The position numbers and the translations under genes were made by a program. The notes under the pieces are model-generated. The model worked only from the letters and a program-made list of their open reading frames with translations, was not told where the DNA came from and did no database searches. DNA of 64,000 bases from NCBI RefSeq assembly GCF_030028105.1, contig NC_092383.1, forward strand, positions 71,533,313 through 71,597,312, in the 5' to 3' direction. How positions within the stretch are numbered: position 1 is the first letter of the stretch; each line of letters opens with the position of its first letter. The stretch is from Mobula birostris. Lineage: Eukaryota. Positions 51,839 to 62,900 of the stretch are shown here, piece after piece.

Positions 51839-54699
51839 ATTAGTGTAGTAGGTGCCAAGATATTTTGTAAAGTTTAAGGAATAATTGCAGACAAAGTAGA
51901 ATTTTTAGCATGCAGCAAAAGGAGTAAGAACTCCCTCTGTTCCAATTTGCTTGAGAGTAAACTTAGTTCTGATTCAATACCATTGTATAAAAATTAGGAT
52001 TGAAGACTACTGCATGGCTATTTAATAAAAAAGATGTGTAAAAATTTTTGGTTGCAGGACAATCTATTTCAGTTGCACAATTATCTATTTTGGTACCTAC
52101 TGAAATTATTTTGTTGCACAATCTATTCAGTTACTAGATGATCTATTTTGGTTGCTGGGAAATCCATTTAGCTGTAATCTATTTGGATGTACTCTATTTG
52201 ATTGCGGGACTATCTATTATCGTTGCTGGATAATCTATTTGGTTACAATCTATTAAAATTTCATGATTATGGTCAAAGTAATAAAAAAAAATGTGTGAAT
52301 TAAGTTCAATTCAAACAATGGCCAAAGTTGTGACACCTACAACAAGCTCTTACCTGAATAAAACATCTCAGATTGATAAAATTAATGAAAAAGTTTTAAT
52401 GAAATATACCAACAATATTAAGAGAATTAAGATCCAGAAAATGTCTAAGGGAAAGGAAAAGCTCCTACTGATTTAGAGATCAGACCGCATGGTCGGTTTG
52501 ATTTAATGTGCAAGTGATTGAAAGTGTTAATGGGACAAATCAAGACTTTATTAAGTTTTTAACTTGTGATAAACTACAAAACAGCATGGTAGAAACAGTA
52601 AATAGTCTAAAGAGCACATCTTTGCATTGAATGAACAAAAGAAAAGATAAAATTGAAGTGCAGTGTACGGAGTTTCATAGCAGACTGAGTTAATTTTTAA
52701 CAGAGCCGCCTTGACTTCAGGGGGTGGTCCTGCTGGTGACTCTTCCTGTGATGCTACTGCTGGCACTCTGCCCTGGAAAACACTGCCTGCATTGAACAGT
52801 TTCTGGAGACAGCGACACCATCTGAACTCCGAGGAATTGTAGCCCACGGAACTTTCCCCAGAGACAGTGACTCTATTTGAACTCCGAAGAATTACAGCCT
52901 GTGTTGGTTGGACAGTCTCCCAACACAGCATCACCATCTGAACTCCAAGGAATTACAGGATGGACATGACATGGACTCCTACAGCTGCCCCTAGGAACTC
53001 AATTGAGGATGACAGTGATGAAACAATAAGATTGACAGTTCTGTTACAACTGGCCCCAATAAAGACCAAGTGAGTGAAGACACAGAACTGAAGATGAAAC
53101 CATTGCTAATCAATGTATTGGCGAGCTAGTGGTAGAGTCATCAACTATTGCTCAACCACTCAACAAGGCAGACAGTGCTCAGAGTACCCTGGGACTCTTA
53201 ATGAAAAGCAACTGTAAGTGTCTTGAACTTTAAAGGCAATCCTGTGTACTGCGCTTGCAAAAAGAATCCCTGTTAGAGGTACACCATTTACCCTGTGTAC
53301 TAAGGAGAAATACATGATGGCAGTCTTAACTCGTGAGCATGGAGACTGACAACTTCCTGTTGATTATTATTCTGCCAAAGGCTGTACTCTGACAACTCCT
53401 CAAAGAATGAGAGAGGAAGTTGAATGGTTGCTTCTGAAACTGAAATACTGCCATCAGAAAGTATTGCTCCTGGTACCTAAAAACTTTGATTGAAGCCTGT
53501 AAGTTGGCAGAAGGAAGAGCAGTTACTATCTACAATGATTCTCGATATGCTTTTGCACTGGAAGGAGATGGCGCCAGTGAACAGTGCTACCAATGGTGAT
53601 GTCCTGAAGACAGTTCATGAAGCAATTCACTTCACTTCTTTTACATCCTGCTCCTGTGCCTGTTGTCTACATTCTGCCAATGTGATTTCAGGCTGATCGG
53701 GCAATCTGACGCTTTGCTGACTCCAAACGTTTTCCAGGAGGCTGCAACCAAAGCGTGTAGCATGGAGGTCAGGGAGCCTGGAGACGGGGAGGGGGCATGA
53801 GCCTATGATTGACTTCATCTCTGGCCAATCTCGCTCACTAAAGCGCTGAGGAAGATTGTCATCATCGAGGAGGCTTCAGCGCCATCTACCATCCTTTTGT
53901 TGAGACGGTGTCGGCATGTGGCGCTCTCTCACTCTCTGCTCCCGAGGGAAGGTCCTTGTGTTCGAGTGATCTCGCTCTCTCCCTGGATGCTGTCGGTGGG
54001 TGGTGCCAGATCAAAGTTTAATCAACGTGGATTCTATATTTGGATTCTAATTTAGGTTTATGTTGTGTTCCAGTTCTGGCCACTCTTTTATGTTACTACT
54101 TGCGGGCAATTTTTGAATAGGGGCACTAATGAACACTCAGCTGAACCGAAATATGACTTTCGATTTTGTGTTATACATTCTGTGTTTTTGCTCTTTTTTT
54201 TTTGTTGCCGCTTGCGTGATTTTTTTGCCCTTGTAGGTTGGGGGCGGGGGGTTGATGTTTGATGTTTTTCTTTGAACAGATTGGATCCATGGTTCTTCTT
54301 TGTTTCCAGACTATTTGTGGAGAAGACTAATTTTAGAGTTGTATTCTGCATACATACTTTGATAATAAATGCTCTTTGAATCTTTGAAGTCATTCATAAT
54401 TTTGGAAATTACGGAGACAAACAGGATATCTTACAGCAGTAGAAACTCCAATCAAGAGTGGCCAACTATGACAAGAACTTATGGTTGTTATGCAACCATC
54501 GTCAGAAGTTGCTGTGTTACAATGTAAAAGCCACTTCGAATTGACTGCAGTGGAAAGCCATTGGAGTGCATTCACAGAAGAAACTGCGGAAAAGGCAGCA
54601 TGGGAAGGAGTAAAAGAAATAAAAGAAGTACCAAGAACGTACGCAGTAAACCTGACAACAAGAATTATGGAAACAAAGTTGAACTCTGTATCACAGACA

Positions 54700-55640
54700 A
54701 GCATACAAGATTATCTGGCACAGCATACACACTCTCTAGGACACATTGGAGTGTAAAAGGTGATGAACAGATTCTCCCAATGGTGATGGAATCCACAAGC
54801 TCAGGGCACAAGCTCTACAAACTTTTGAAAGATGCATGACATACCAGAAAAAAAAATCCTGGAGCAGGGGAAAAGCTACCACAATTAAGTGCTCCTGCTC
54901 CACCTGGACAATCTTCACACTTTCAAGTGGGCTACATTTCTTTACCAAAGTGTCAAGGATACTCAGTCGTACTGGTAATAGTAGACAAATTTTCAAGATG
55001 GAAGCTATTCCAGTAAGAAAAGCCACTGCCACTCACACAGCAAAAATCCTGGTCAAGGACAATATTCCTAGATGGGGATTGTTATGTCACATCAAGCCTG
55101 ACCAAGGAACACATTTCACTGGGAGTATTTGTCAGGAATTATGTCAACTGATGGACATTAAATGGTCTATCATTGTCCACATCACCCAGCGGCATCAGGA
55201 TAAGTCAATTGAATAAAACGAATCATCAAACAATGACTGACTAAGTATCATGAAGAGGATGTACCATGGCTTATAACTCTTCCTCTGGTGTTGGGGAGCG
55301 CCAGAGCAGGGCATCCTACATCACTGCTGGGAGCCCTCAATCTCAGAGAGGCTGATATGCACATTATGGGAGACAGTTTAGTTAACTATTGTGTGAAATT
55401 AACTCTAGCTGTACAGTCTGCTTCTCAGAAGGTTTCTGCTGCTTGGAATGGTCCAACAGAAGGAGGACAAACTCTGATTCCTGGTAAGTGGGCACTGATT
55501 AAGAAACCACATAAGGATCCACTGACAGCTCGATGGGAAGGTCCCTGTCAAGTGCTGTTAATTACCAACTTGCTGGTGAAAGTAGAAGGTAAAAGTAAGT
55601 GGATACACGCCAGCCACGGCAAACAAGCTAAAGTGGTACC
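54700..55640 (+). pseudogene. Retroviral integrase remnant
   Basis: VLVIVDKFSRW, PVRKATATHTAKILVKDNIPRWG...DQGTHFTG, ARWEGPCQVLLIT...VKVEGKSKWIHASH. Confidence 0.9.
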
Positions 55641-55762
55641 TGTGAAAGACAATGAGCACATGGTTAATGTGCGAGTAACCTCTGAACCCAATGCCTGCAT
55701 GGCTGGGCTACAGTGAGTAACCAGCCAGAAGACATCAAGCAAGTCGACAACTACTTGACATT

Positions 55763-57820
55763 ATGAAATTCACTCTAATATTATTTGTTGTAGTTATATT
55801 TTTGCCAATTTTCACCACTCACAATGTATCAGCTGAGATGTCTCATAATGCATGCTTGCGGATATCTCATGAATTTGTTGATGCTGTTAATGCCTCTAGC
55901 TGTTTGGTAAATTAATATGTACCACACACATCAAAATATTCACCCATGCTCGGCATTCCTCCAGATTCAGAACAAACACGCATCCTCTTTATTAAACATT
56001 CCAACAAAGGCGATGTTACATTATGCCTATGATTCATTACTCTCAAGGGATTTATTTATATATATATAATGATCATAACCCCCACATACCATCTTGAATT
56101 GGATCACTTATGTAAATGTAATCAGCATGATTTAGAAAATCATATCATATCTGACCCTATTCATGTCTTATCCTGGGTGACATCTATATCTGTATTTAAT
56201 TTTTCATGTGTTCACTATAAAAGCTACCTTTTGCTTAACTTCAGAAGGCACCATTCCAGTAAGGCATAGTTCATGCAATTATACTTTGCATTGTCCTAAA
56301 TGGGGTAATGACTCTGGAATTTTCATTGACAATCAGAGAAATCTTACAATTCATCATAGCCCCTTTGATGTAGTGTCTTGGTCTGAATCAAAGTTCATGG
56401 AATAATACATACTTACACCTCTCTTCCATGTAATTGGTTAGAATTTTGTTATTAAGGTATGTTTTTCCTGCCATGAGGCATGCATGCACCTTATCTTTAC
56501 CTCCCAAGTCTAGATATAAATAAGATATTTTAGAGGGCGATTGTTTGGAACCAATTTTATTCCTATTATATGGTGTTGCAGCCCATCAAACTTGCACACA
56601 TGGGGCAAGGCAGAGTCATCTACATGTCCACTGTGCTCCAAGCGAGGAACCCTGGAGCACATCCTCAGCGGCTGCGCAAGGGCACTTGGTGAGGGACGGT
56701 ACAGGTGGAGGCATGATCAGGTCTTGAAGACCATCACTGAAGCCGTCAGCGCAGGAGTTGAGTGGGCAAAGCGGTCCCGACCCTCCAAGCAGACCATTGC
56801 CTTTGTCAGAGCTGGGGAGCAGCCAATACGTGCCAAAAGAACATCTGCAGGCATTCTGAACTCTGCAAGGGACTGGCAGCTGTTGGTGGACCTCGCAGGG
56901 CAGCTGAAGTTCCCCAACAATATCGCATCTACCACCCTGCAACCAGACATTGTCCTAGTGTCTGAGTCTACTAAGCCAGTGGTGCTGCTGAAGCTGACAG
57001 TCCCATGGGAAGATAGCTTGGAAGAGGCCTTTGAAAGGAAGCTCTTCAAGTACGCAGGACTGGTCAGCAACTGTCAGCAGGCTGCATGGAGAGCGAGGTG
57101 TCTCCCCGTGGAGGTTGATTGTAGGGGATTCATAGCCCGTTCTTTAGTTCAAGCCTTCAGCATTTTGGGCATTGAGGGAGAGAGGAAAAGGAGAGCCATC
57201 CGCAGTACCACCGATGCGGCAGAGAGGGCCTCAAGATGGCTGTGGCTCAAAAGAGGGGAGCCATGGAGTCATAAGTAGCTAGCCATCTGGGCACAAGCTG
57301 GGGTCTGACCAGCCCCGGCTGGGTCACCTGGAGGAGGTTGTATGATGTTGAAAGACCGGAAACACCCGATGATTCCAGGAACATCACTGAAGATGTGTCC
57401 AGAAGCATCAATAGATGTATGTACACAGAGAGATTAAAAATATGCTGCAAAAAAAAAAGAGTAAGCAATAACATGGCTGATGCCTTTGGAACAGTAACAA
57501 CAGAAATAGTTGTCATGCATAAGATGGTTCTTCAAAATCGTAGAGCATTCAATCTTGTCTTTGCAGTCAAAGCGGGAAACGTGCAGTTATAGGTAAGGAA
57601 TGTTTTACTTATCAGATGAATCAGAAGACATAACTAATTTGACTGATTATATCCATAAATAAGCAGCTAAAATCGGATTCCTTTCTGGATTCATTTAAGT
57701 CTCAGAAGCTGGGATTATGCAGTATAATGAGTAACTTTATTCACATTAATATACCTTATCATTTATATCTTTTTTACTTTTTAAAAGTGATCATAAGCTT
57801 GTGTAAGTATGCCTCCTAAT
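55763..57820 (+). pseudogene. Retroviral env remnant (gamma-type)
   Basis: Signal peptide MKFTLILFVVVIFLPIF, NASSCLV (N-x-S-x-CWVC-like), fusion-peptide-like ILFLLYGVA, ISD VLQNRRAFNLVFA, then AVIGKECFTY (decayed CX6CC) and a hydrophobic TM stretch. Confidence 0.8.
56580..57425 (+). mobile_element. 5'-truncated Hero-like (R2 superfamily, restriction-like endonuclease) non-LTR retrotransposon
   Basis: PSNLHTWG..CPLCSKRGTLEHILSGC (CCHC), RYRWRHDQVL, PDIVLVS, LTVPWE, VEVDCRGF. ORF ends at 57278, followed by a 3' UTR. Confidence 0.85.
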
Positions 57821-58009
57821 CTGCCTGACCATGATATAATCTTATGAAAACTTTGGCGAATATATATCCTAATCTAAGTTAGGATATTTTCTAACTTAGG
57901 AAGTCTTTGACTATTTTATACCACAAGTTTTTCTGCCTCTGAATTTTCAGGTATAATGATTCTAAGTGTATGATTTAGAATCAAATTGGGGGAGTGGATT
58001 GTTGAACTA

Positions 58010-58760
58010 TAAGTGGAACAAGTGCTACACATGCCCTTACACTTCCTCCCTCACCACCATTCAGGGCCCCAGACAGTCCTTCCAGGTGAGGTGACACTTC
58101 ACCTGTCAGTCGGCTGGTGTGATATACTGCGTCCGGTGCTCCCGGTGCAGCCTTCTATATATTGGTGAGACCCGATGCAGACTGGGAGACCGTTTCGCTG
58201 AACACCTATGCTCTGTCTGCCAGAGAAAGCAGGATCTCCCAGCAGCCACCCATTTTAATTCCACATCCCATTCCCATTCTGATATGTCTATCCATGGCCT
58301 CCTCTACTATCAAGATGAAGCCACACTCAGGTTGGACGAACAACACCTTATATTCTGTGTGGGTAGCCTCCAACCTCATGGCATGAACATCGACTTCTCT
58401 AACTTCCATTAATGCCACTCCTCCTGTTCTTACCCCATCCCTTACCCCTGCTCTCCATCTTCCTCTGGCACTCCCCTCCCCCTTTCTTTCTCCCTAGGCC
58501 ACCCATCCCATGATCCTCTCCCTTCTCCAGCCTTGTATCCCTTTTGCCAATCAACTTCCCAGCTCTTAGTTCTATTCCTCTCCCTCTTGTCTTCTCCTAT
58601 CATTTCGGATCTCCACCTCCCCCTCCCCCTTTCAAATCTCTTACTATCTCTTCTTTCAGTTAGTCCTGACGAAGGGTCTCGGCCCGAAACGTCAACTGTG
58701 CTTCTTTCTATGGATGCTGTCTGGCCTGCTGCGTTCCACCAGCATTTTGTGTGTGTTGAA
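58010..58760 (+). mobile_element. Penelope 3' fragment (GIY-YIG endonuclease plus pLTR)
   Basis: VIYCVRCSRCSLLYIGETRCRLGDRFAEHL...EQHLIF...PHGMN. Confidence 0.9.
58657..58698 (+). ncRNA. Minimal type I hammerhead ribozyme motif
   Basis: cagttagtc-CTGACGA-agggtctcggccc-GAAAC-GTC-aactg. Confidence 0.7.
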
Positions 58761-59829
58761 TGAATTTACTCTGTGTTTAGTGTTCCACCGTCATTACTAT
58801 TGTGCTGGATTACAGCATATCCTAAAGTGTTCACATTTAAATAATTACTATATGATTAGGTTGATGTTCATTTCTGCTATGCACATTGGCAGTTCTGCTA
58901 AAATCTGACTCTGCAGTTTGGTTAACGGAATGAGTTAAGTAGTGCAGTTTTACAAGAACTTGGAAACAAGAGAACAGTACTTCGTGAAGGACGTGTAGAT
59001 GGGAGTCAGGAGGTGCATCAAATTGCAAAATTAAGTAAGATCATTCTCTCATGCATGGGCTTTTTACTTTGAATTTACCTTGTATCATTATACTGTATTA
59101 CATTGTTTGAACATAGCAACTCTGATAATACCGGTTTCACCTAGTGAAAAATAATGCGCCTCTTGAGTTGAAGTAAATTTCATCTCGTCTGGTATTAACT
59201 GAGCCCGTCTTCAGGAAGGTTGAAGGAGTGCGCCTGCGTATTTGTTCTATATTGCAAAGAACAAGTTGCAGCATAGCTGTTAGCCTCTGAGTTGTGTTAT
59301 CGGACATTATGACGTGTTGCGATGACTCCAATAAAAGTAAGACATTATGAGCCATGCCATTAAACCAATGAGGATATCTGTGCTAATCTTGATTTCTTTT
59401 TAAAGTGCATCTAGAAAAGGTCATCATCCATCTTTTGTGATCAACGTCCTGAGAGCACACCAAATTAAATAAAGCAATGTAAAAAAAAACTGTGAAAGGT
59501 ATATTTGCCTGAAATTCAGTTGCATAACATCCTTTCTTCTGTTGTTATACAATTGAGATTCAGACTCACATTTTATTTAACCTATGTATATTGAAATAAA
59601 CAGTAAAATGCCTAATTTGTATGACAACCAGCACACCCAAGGAAATGATGGGAGAAGCCTGCAAGTATCACCATTCTTCCAGCACCAACATTGCATGTCC
59701 ACAGTGTTCCACAGAACAACTAATAAATTTGTTTTTCCATGTGTTCATTTGGCATCATGTGGCCATGCTTTTTGTGGAGTAAATCATACCTGTGACCTTC
59801 ACATGATTACTACAACAGGATCATTCATT

Positions 59830-62800
59830 CATCCATCAAGCAACGATGAGAACCATTTTAGCCTTCTGCAATATAAAGAAGCTGGACTGGTCCGTGGGTA
59901 CACAGATGGCTGGAGAGGCCAGTCCATGATTGAGTAGTTCTTTGGCAGTGTGGGCAAAAGATGGCACCCATGTTGGGTTGGGAGTTGTGGGCTTAGGCTT
60001 TCCTGGCCAACCTACGTCTTTCTGCTGCAATTGTCCTCTCTGCCTCATGTATCACTGCACCATTATGGAGGACGGTGCGTCACTAAACCCAGTCCTGGGT
60101 AATATGTTCCTATGTGTCTGGGTTGGTGCCAAAGGCTTTTAGTGAAGTTTTCAAGGTGTCTTTTTAGCATTTCCATGGGAATGCTTTCCTTTCTCTAGTT
60201 TGCCGTAAAATAGTCTCTTAAGCAGCCGATGGTCTAATCACCGGGCCGTGGACTGGTACCAGGGCCGCAAAGCATGTGCTACCGGGCCGCGAGGAAACGA
60301 TATGATTTGGCGATAAGAGTCAGCGGCACCTTTCCTCATTCTCTGTCACGCCCACTGTTGAGATTGAACGCACACGAGGTCATTACACACGCGTCACCCA
60401 TGTCAGCGCGAGAAGGAGATCAACTCCTCGAGCTTGCAAATGACGGCGGGCTGAAAAGTATGTTTGACGTAACATGTCTGCCGGCATTCTGGATCAAAGT
60501 CGAGGCTAAATATCCTGAGATAGCCACGAAAGCACTGAAAATGTTGCTTCCATTTCCAACATATCTCTGCAATGAATGCAACGAAAATTAAATTGCGGAG
60601 CAGACTGGACATAAGGAACCCCCTTCGAGTATTGCTGTCTCCCATCACCCCTCGATGGTACTGTCTTGTTGCAGGAAAACAAGCTCAGGGCTCCCACTGA
60701 TTCAGCCATATTGGTGTGTTGCAATGATTTTATATGTTCATACGGGGAAAATATGTGCTGTGTGTTTAATATCCAAACATTACTTAAAATGTTATGATGC
60801 TATTGTCTTCTAAGTGACTTATATAACCATATAACAATTACAGCACGGAAACAGGCCATCTCTGCCCTTCTAGTCCGTGCCGAACACTTACTCTCGCCTA
60901 GTCCCACCGACCTGCACTCAGCCTATAACCCTCCATTCCTTTCCTGTCCATATACCTATCCAATTTTTCTTTAAATGATAATATTGAACCCGCCTCTACC
61001 ACTTCTACTGGAAGTTCGTTCAACACTTACTTCAAACTCCCCTGTCCTCCCCGATAATTGACTTATCACTGTATTCATGGGAGGAAAATATGGGCTGTGT
61101 GTTTAATATTAAATTCGTGAGATAAACCTTTTTAGAAACGAAACCCTCGGGGTAAACACAACATATTTGACTGCTACTCTTGTCCGTTGGCAACCCTACC
61201 TCCTCAGGTCGGCCGGTCCGCAAGAATATTGTCAATATTAAACCGGTCTGCAGTGCAAAAAAGATTGGGGACCCCTGCGTTAGGTAAACCCTTTTAGAAA
61301 CAAAATTGAGTGTATTAGCAACTTATCACCTATATTCTGGTCATGATTAACACCCCCCCCCCCACCCCGAACAGAATTGGCAAAAACAATTTGTAGAAAA
61401 AAATCGGCATGTACACGCATGCGCACGCAGGTGCCCACGCAAGTCTTCATGATCATGGTAGTCTTTCTTGGGGTAAACACAATGTACTTGACTGCTACTC
61501 TTGTCCGTTGGCAACCCTATCCTCCCCCCCCCCCCCGGGGTCGGCCGGTCTGCAAGAATATTGTCAATAATAAACCTGTCCGCGGTGCAAAAAAGATTGG
61601 GGACCCCTGGTCTAATATACAAGCTACGTGGCCTGCCCAGCATAACTGAGACTGTATCTGGATAGGGTAAATATTGGGCAGGCCCACCATGCTAAGTACT
61701 CCAGTGTCAGGGGGTTTTGTCATGCCAGTAAACGTTGAGGAGCTTTCTGAGGCAGACGATGAAAATGATTCAGTTTCTTGGCATGCTATTGATACACTGT
61801 CCACGTTTCAGAGGCGTAAAGCAGAGTGGGAGGTATGACGGCCCTATACCACCTTTGGCTTCATCTGTAGACTTGTTCCTCTTTTGTTCCAGCTGTTGGT
61901 ATGCCAAAGACTACATGAGGTTTGGCGATCCTGGCGTTTAGTTAATCATCAATGATGGTGTTCTGGGACAGTGTGCTACCAAGATGAATCTGTTCACTGG
62001 GTTGAGTGTCTGACCATTAATTGTGATGTTTGACTCAATATACGATTTCCCTGGTATTGGCTGATGCATTACCTCAATCTTTTTCATGTTGATGGTAAGC
62101 CCAAAGTTGATGCACACATCGGAAAACCTGTTGACACAATGTTAGTTTAAAAGATGATATGGTACACTGAGGCACAGTCATTAACAAAAGGGAAGTCTTT
62201 GATGATGTCTGCCATAGCCTTAGTTTTTGCATGGAGCCTCCTGAGGTTGAACAGTTTCCCATCAGTGCGAATGCCTACATCACCGTCTCTGAAGGTATCA
62301 GTCAACGTGGCAGAAAATACCAGACTGAATATGTTTGTGCCAAAACGCAGGCCTGCTTGATCCTGTTAAATTCAAAGAAGGACTTGGATGTCTCACCATT
62401 GTCCTGACTCTAGCTTGCATGCTATCATGGAATTGTGACACCATGGTGATGAATTTCCTTGGGCATCAGTACCTCACCAAGGTCTTCCACAGACACCCTC
62501 TGCTAACAGAGCCGAAGGTCTTAGTCAGCTCAATATTCTGTAGTAGGAAAACAGGTCAGCGTTTTGCTCCTGACATTTCTCGTGCAGCTGCCCTGCAACA
62601 AACACCAAGTCCCACGCTCTCTCTGGAATCCACAGTGACTCTCTGGTAGAATTCCCCAGTCAAGATGTGATGTGAGATGGTTGAAAAGAAGCATGGTGGA
62701 CATTTTGCCTGCAATAGACAGCAGAGATATCCCCCAATAGTTGTTGCAGGTTTGATGGTTTCTCCTTCGCTTCTACAGCTGGATGATGGATGCGTCTTTA

Positions 62801-62900
62801 AATTCCCACAACTGGTTGTGCACACGGCTGATGTCATCCCCCTTGTAATTCTACTCCAGGAGCATTATTGGGGAACTCAGAACATGTTTTCCAGGGGCAT
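59830..62900 (-). mobile_element. Decayed RTE-clade LINE, split by a hAT element
   Basis: QSQLCWAGHVACILD|HRLLKRLFYGK is contiguous across the hAT insertion. Further RT remnants extend to ~62900. Confidence 0.7.
60239..61609 (+). mobile_element. hAT (Charlie/Buster-like) deletion derivative with duplicated right end
   Basis: Dimerisation-domain remnant QLLELANDGGLK...FWIKVEAKYPEIATKALKMLLPFPTYLC. Right TIR ttggggacccctg at 61277 and 61609. Target duplication gtctaat. CR1 3' fragment nested at ~60820-61025. Confidence 0.8.

Larger units (their letters stand above)
51352..58010 (+). mobile_element. Decayed class I (gamma/epsilon-like) endogenous retrovirus
   Basis: Putative LTR, pol tether PFTLCTKE..AVLTREHG..PVDYYSAK (~53230-53380), RNase H VAVLQCKSH (~54400-54600), integrase (54700-55640), env with ISD, and PPT aaattgggggagtgga followed by tgttg at 58000. 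Confidence 0.85.

Noticed and set aside
57300-57400. Hammerhead-like words (tgatg...gaaac) in the Hero 3' UTR
   Set aside because: Lacks the CUGANGA core and stem I geometry. Probably just a stem-loop.
58760-59300. Expected remainder of the ERV 3' LTR after the Penelope insertion
   Set aside because: No visible similarity to 51352-51838, so the 3' LTR appears deleted and LTR dating is not possible.
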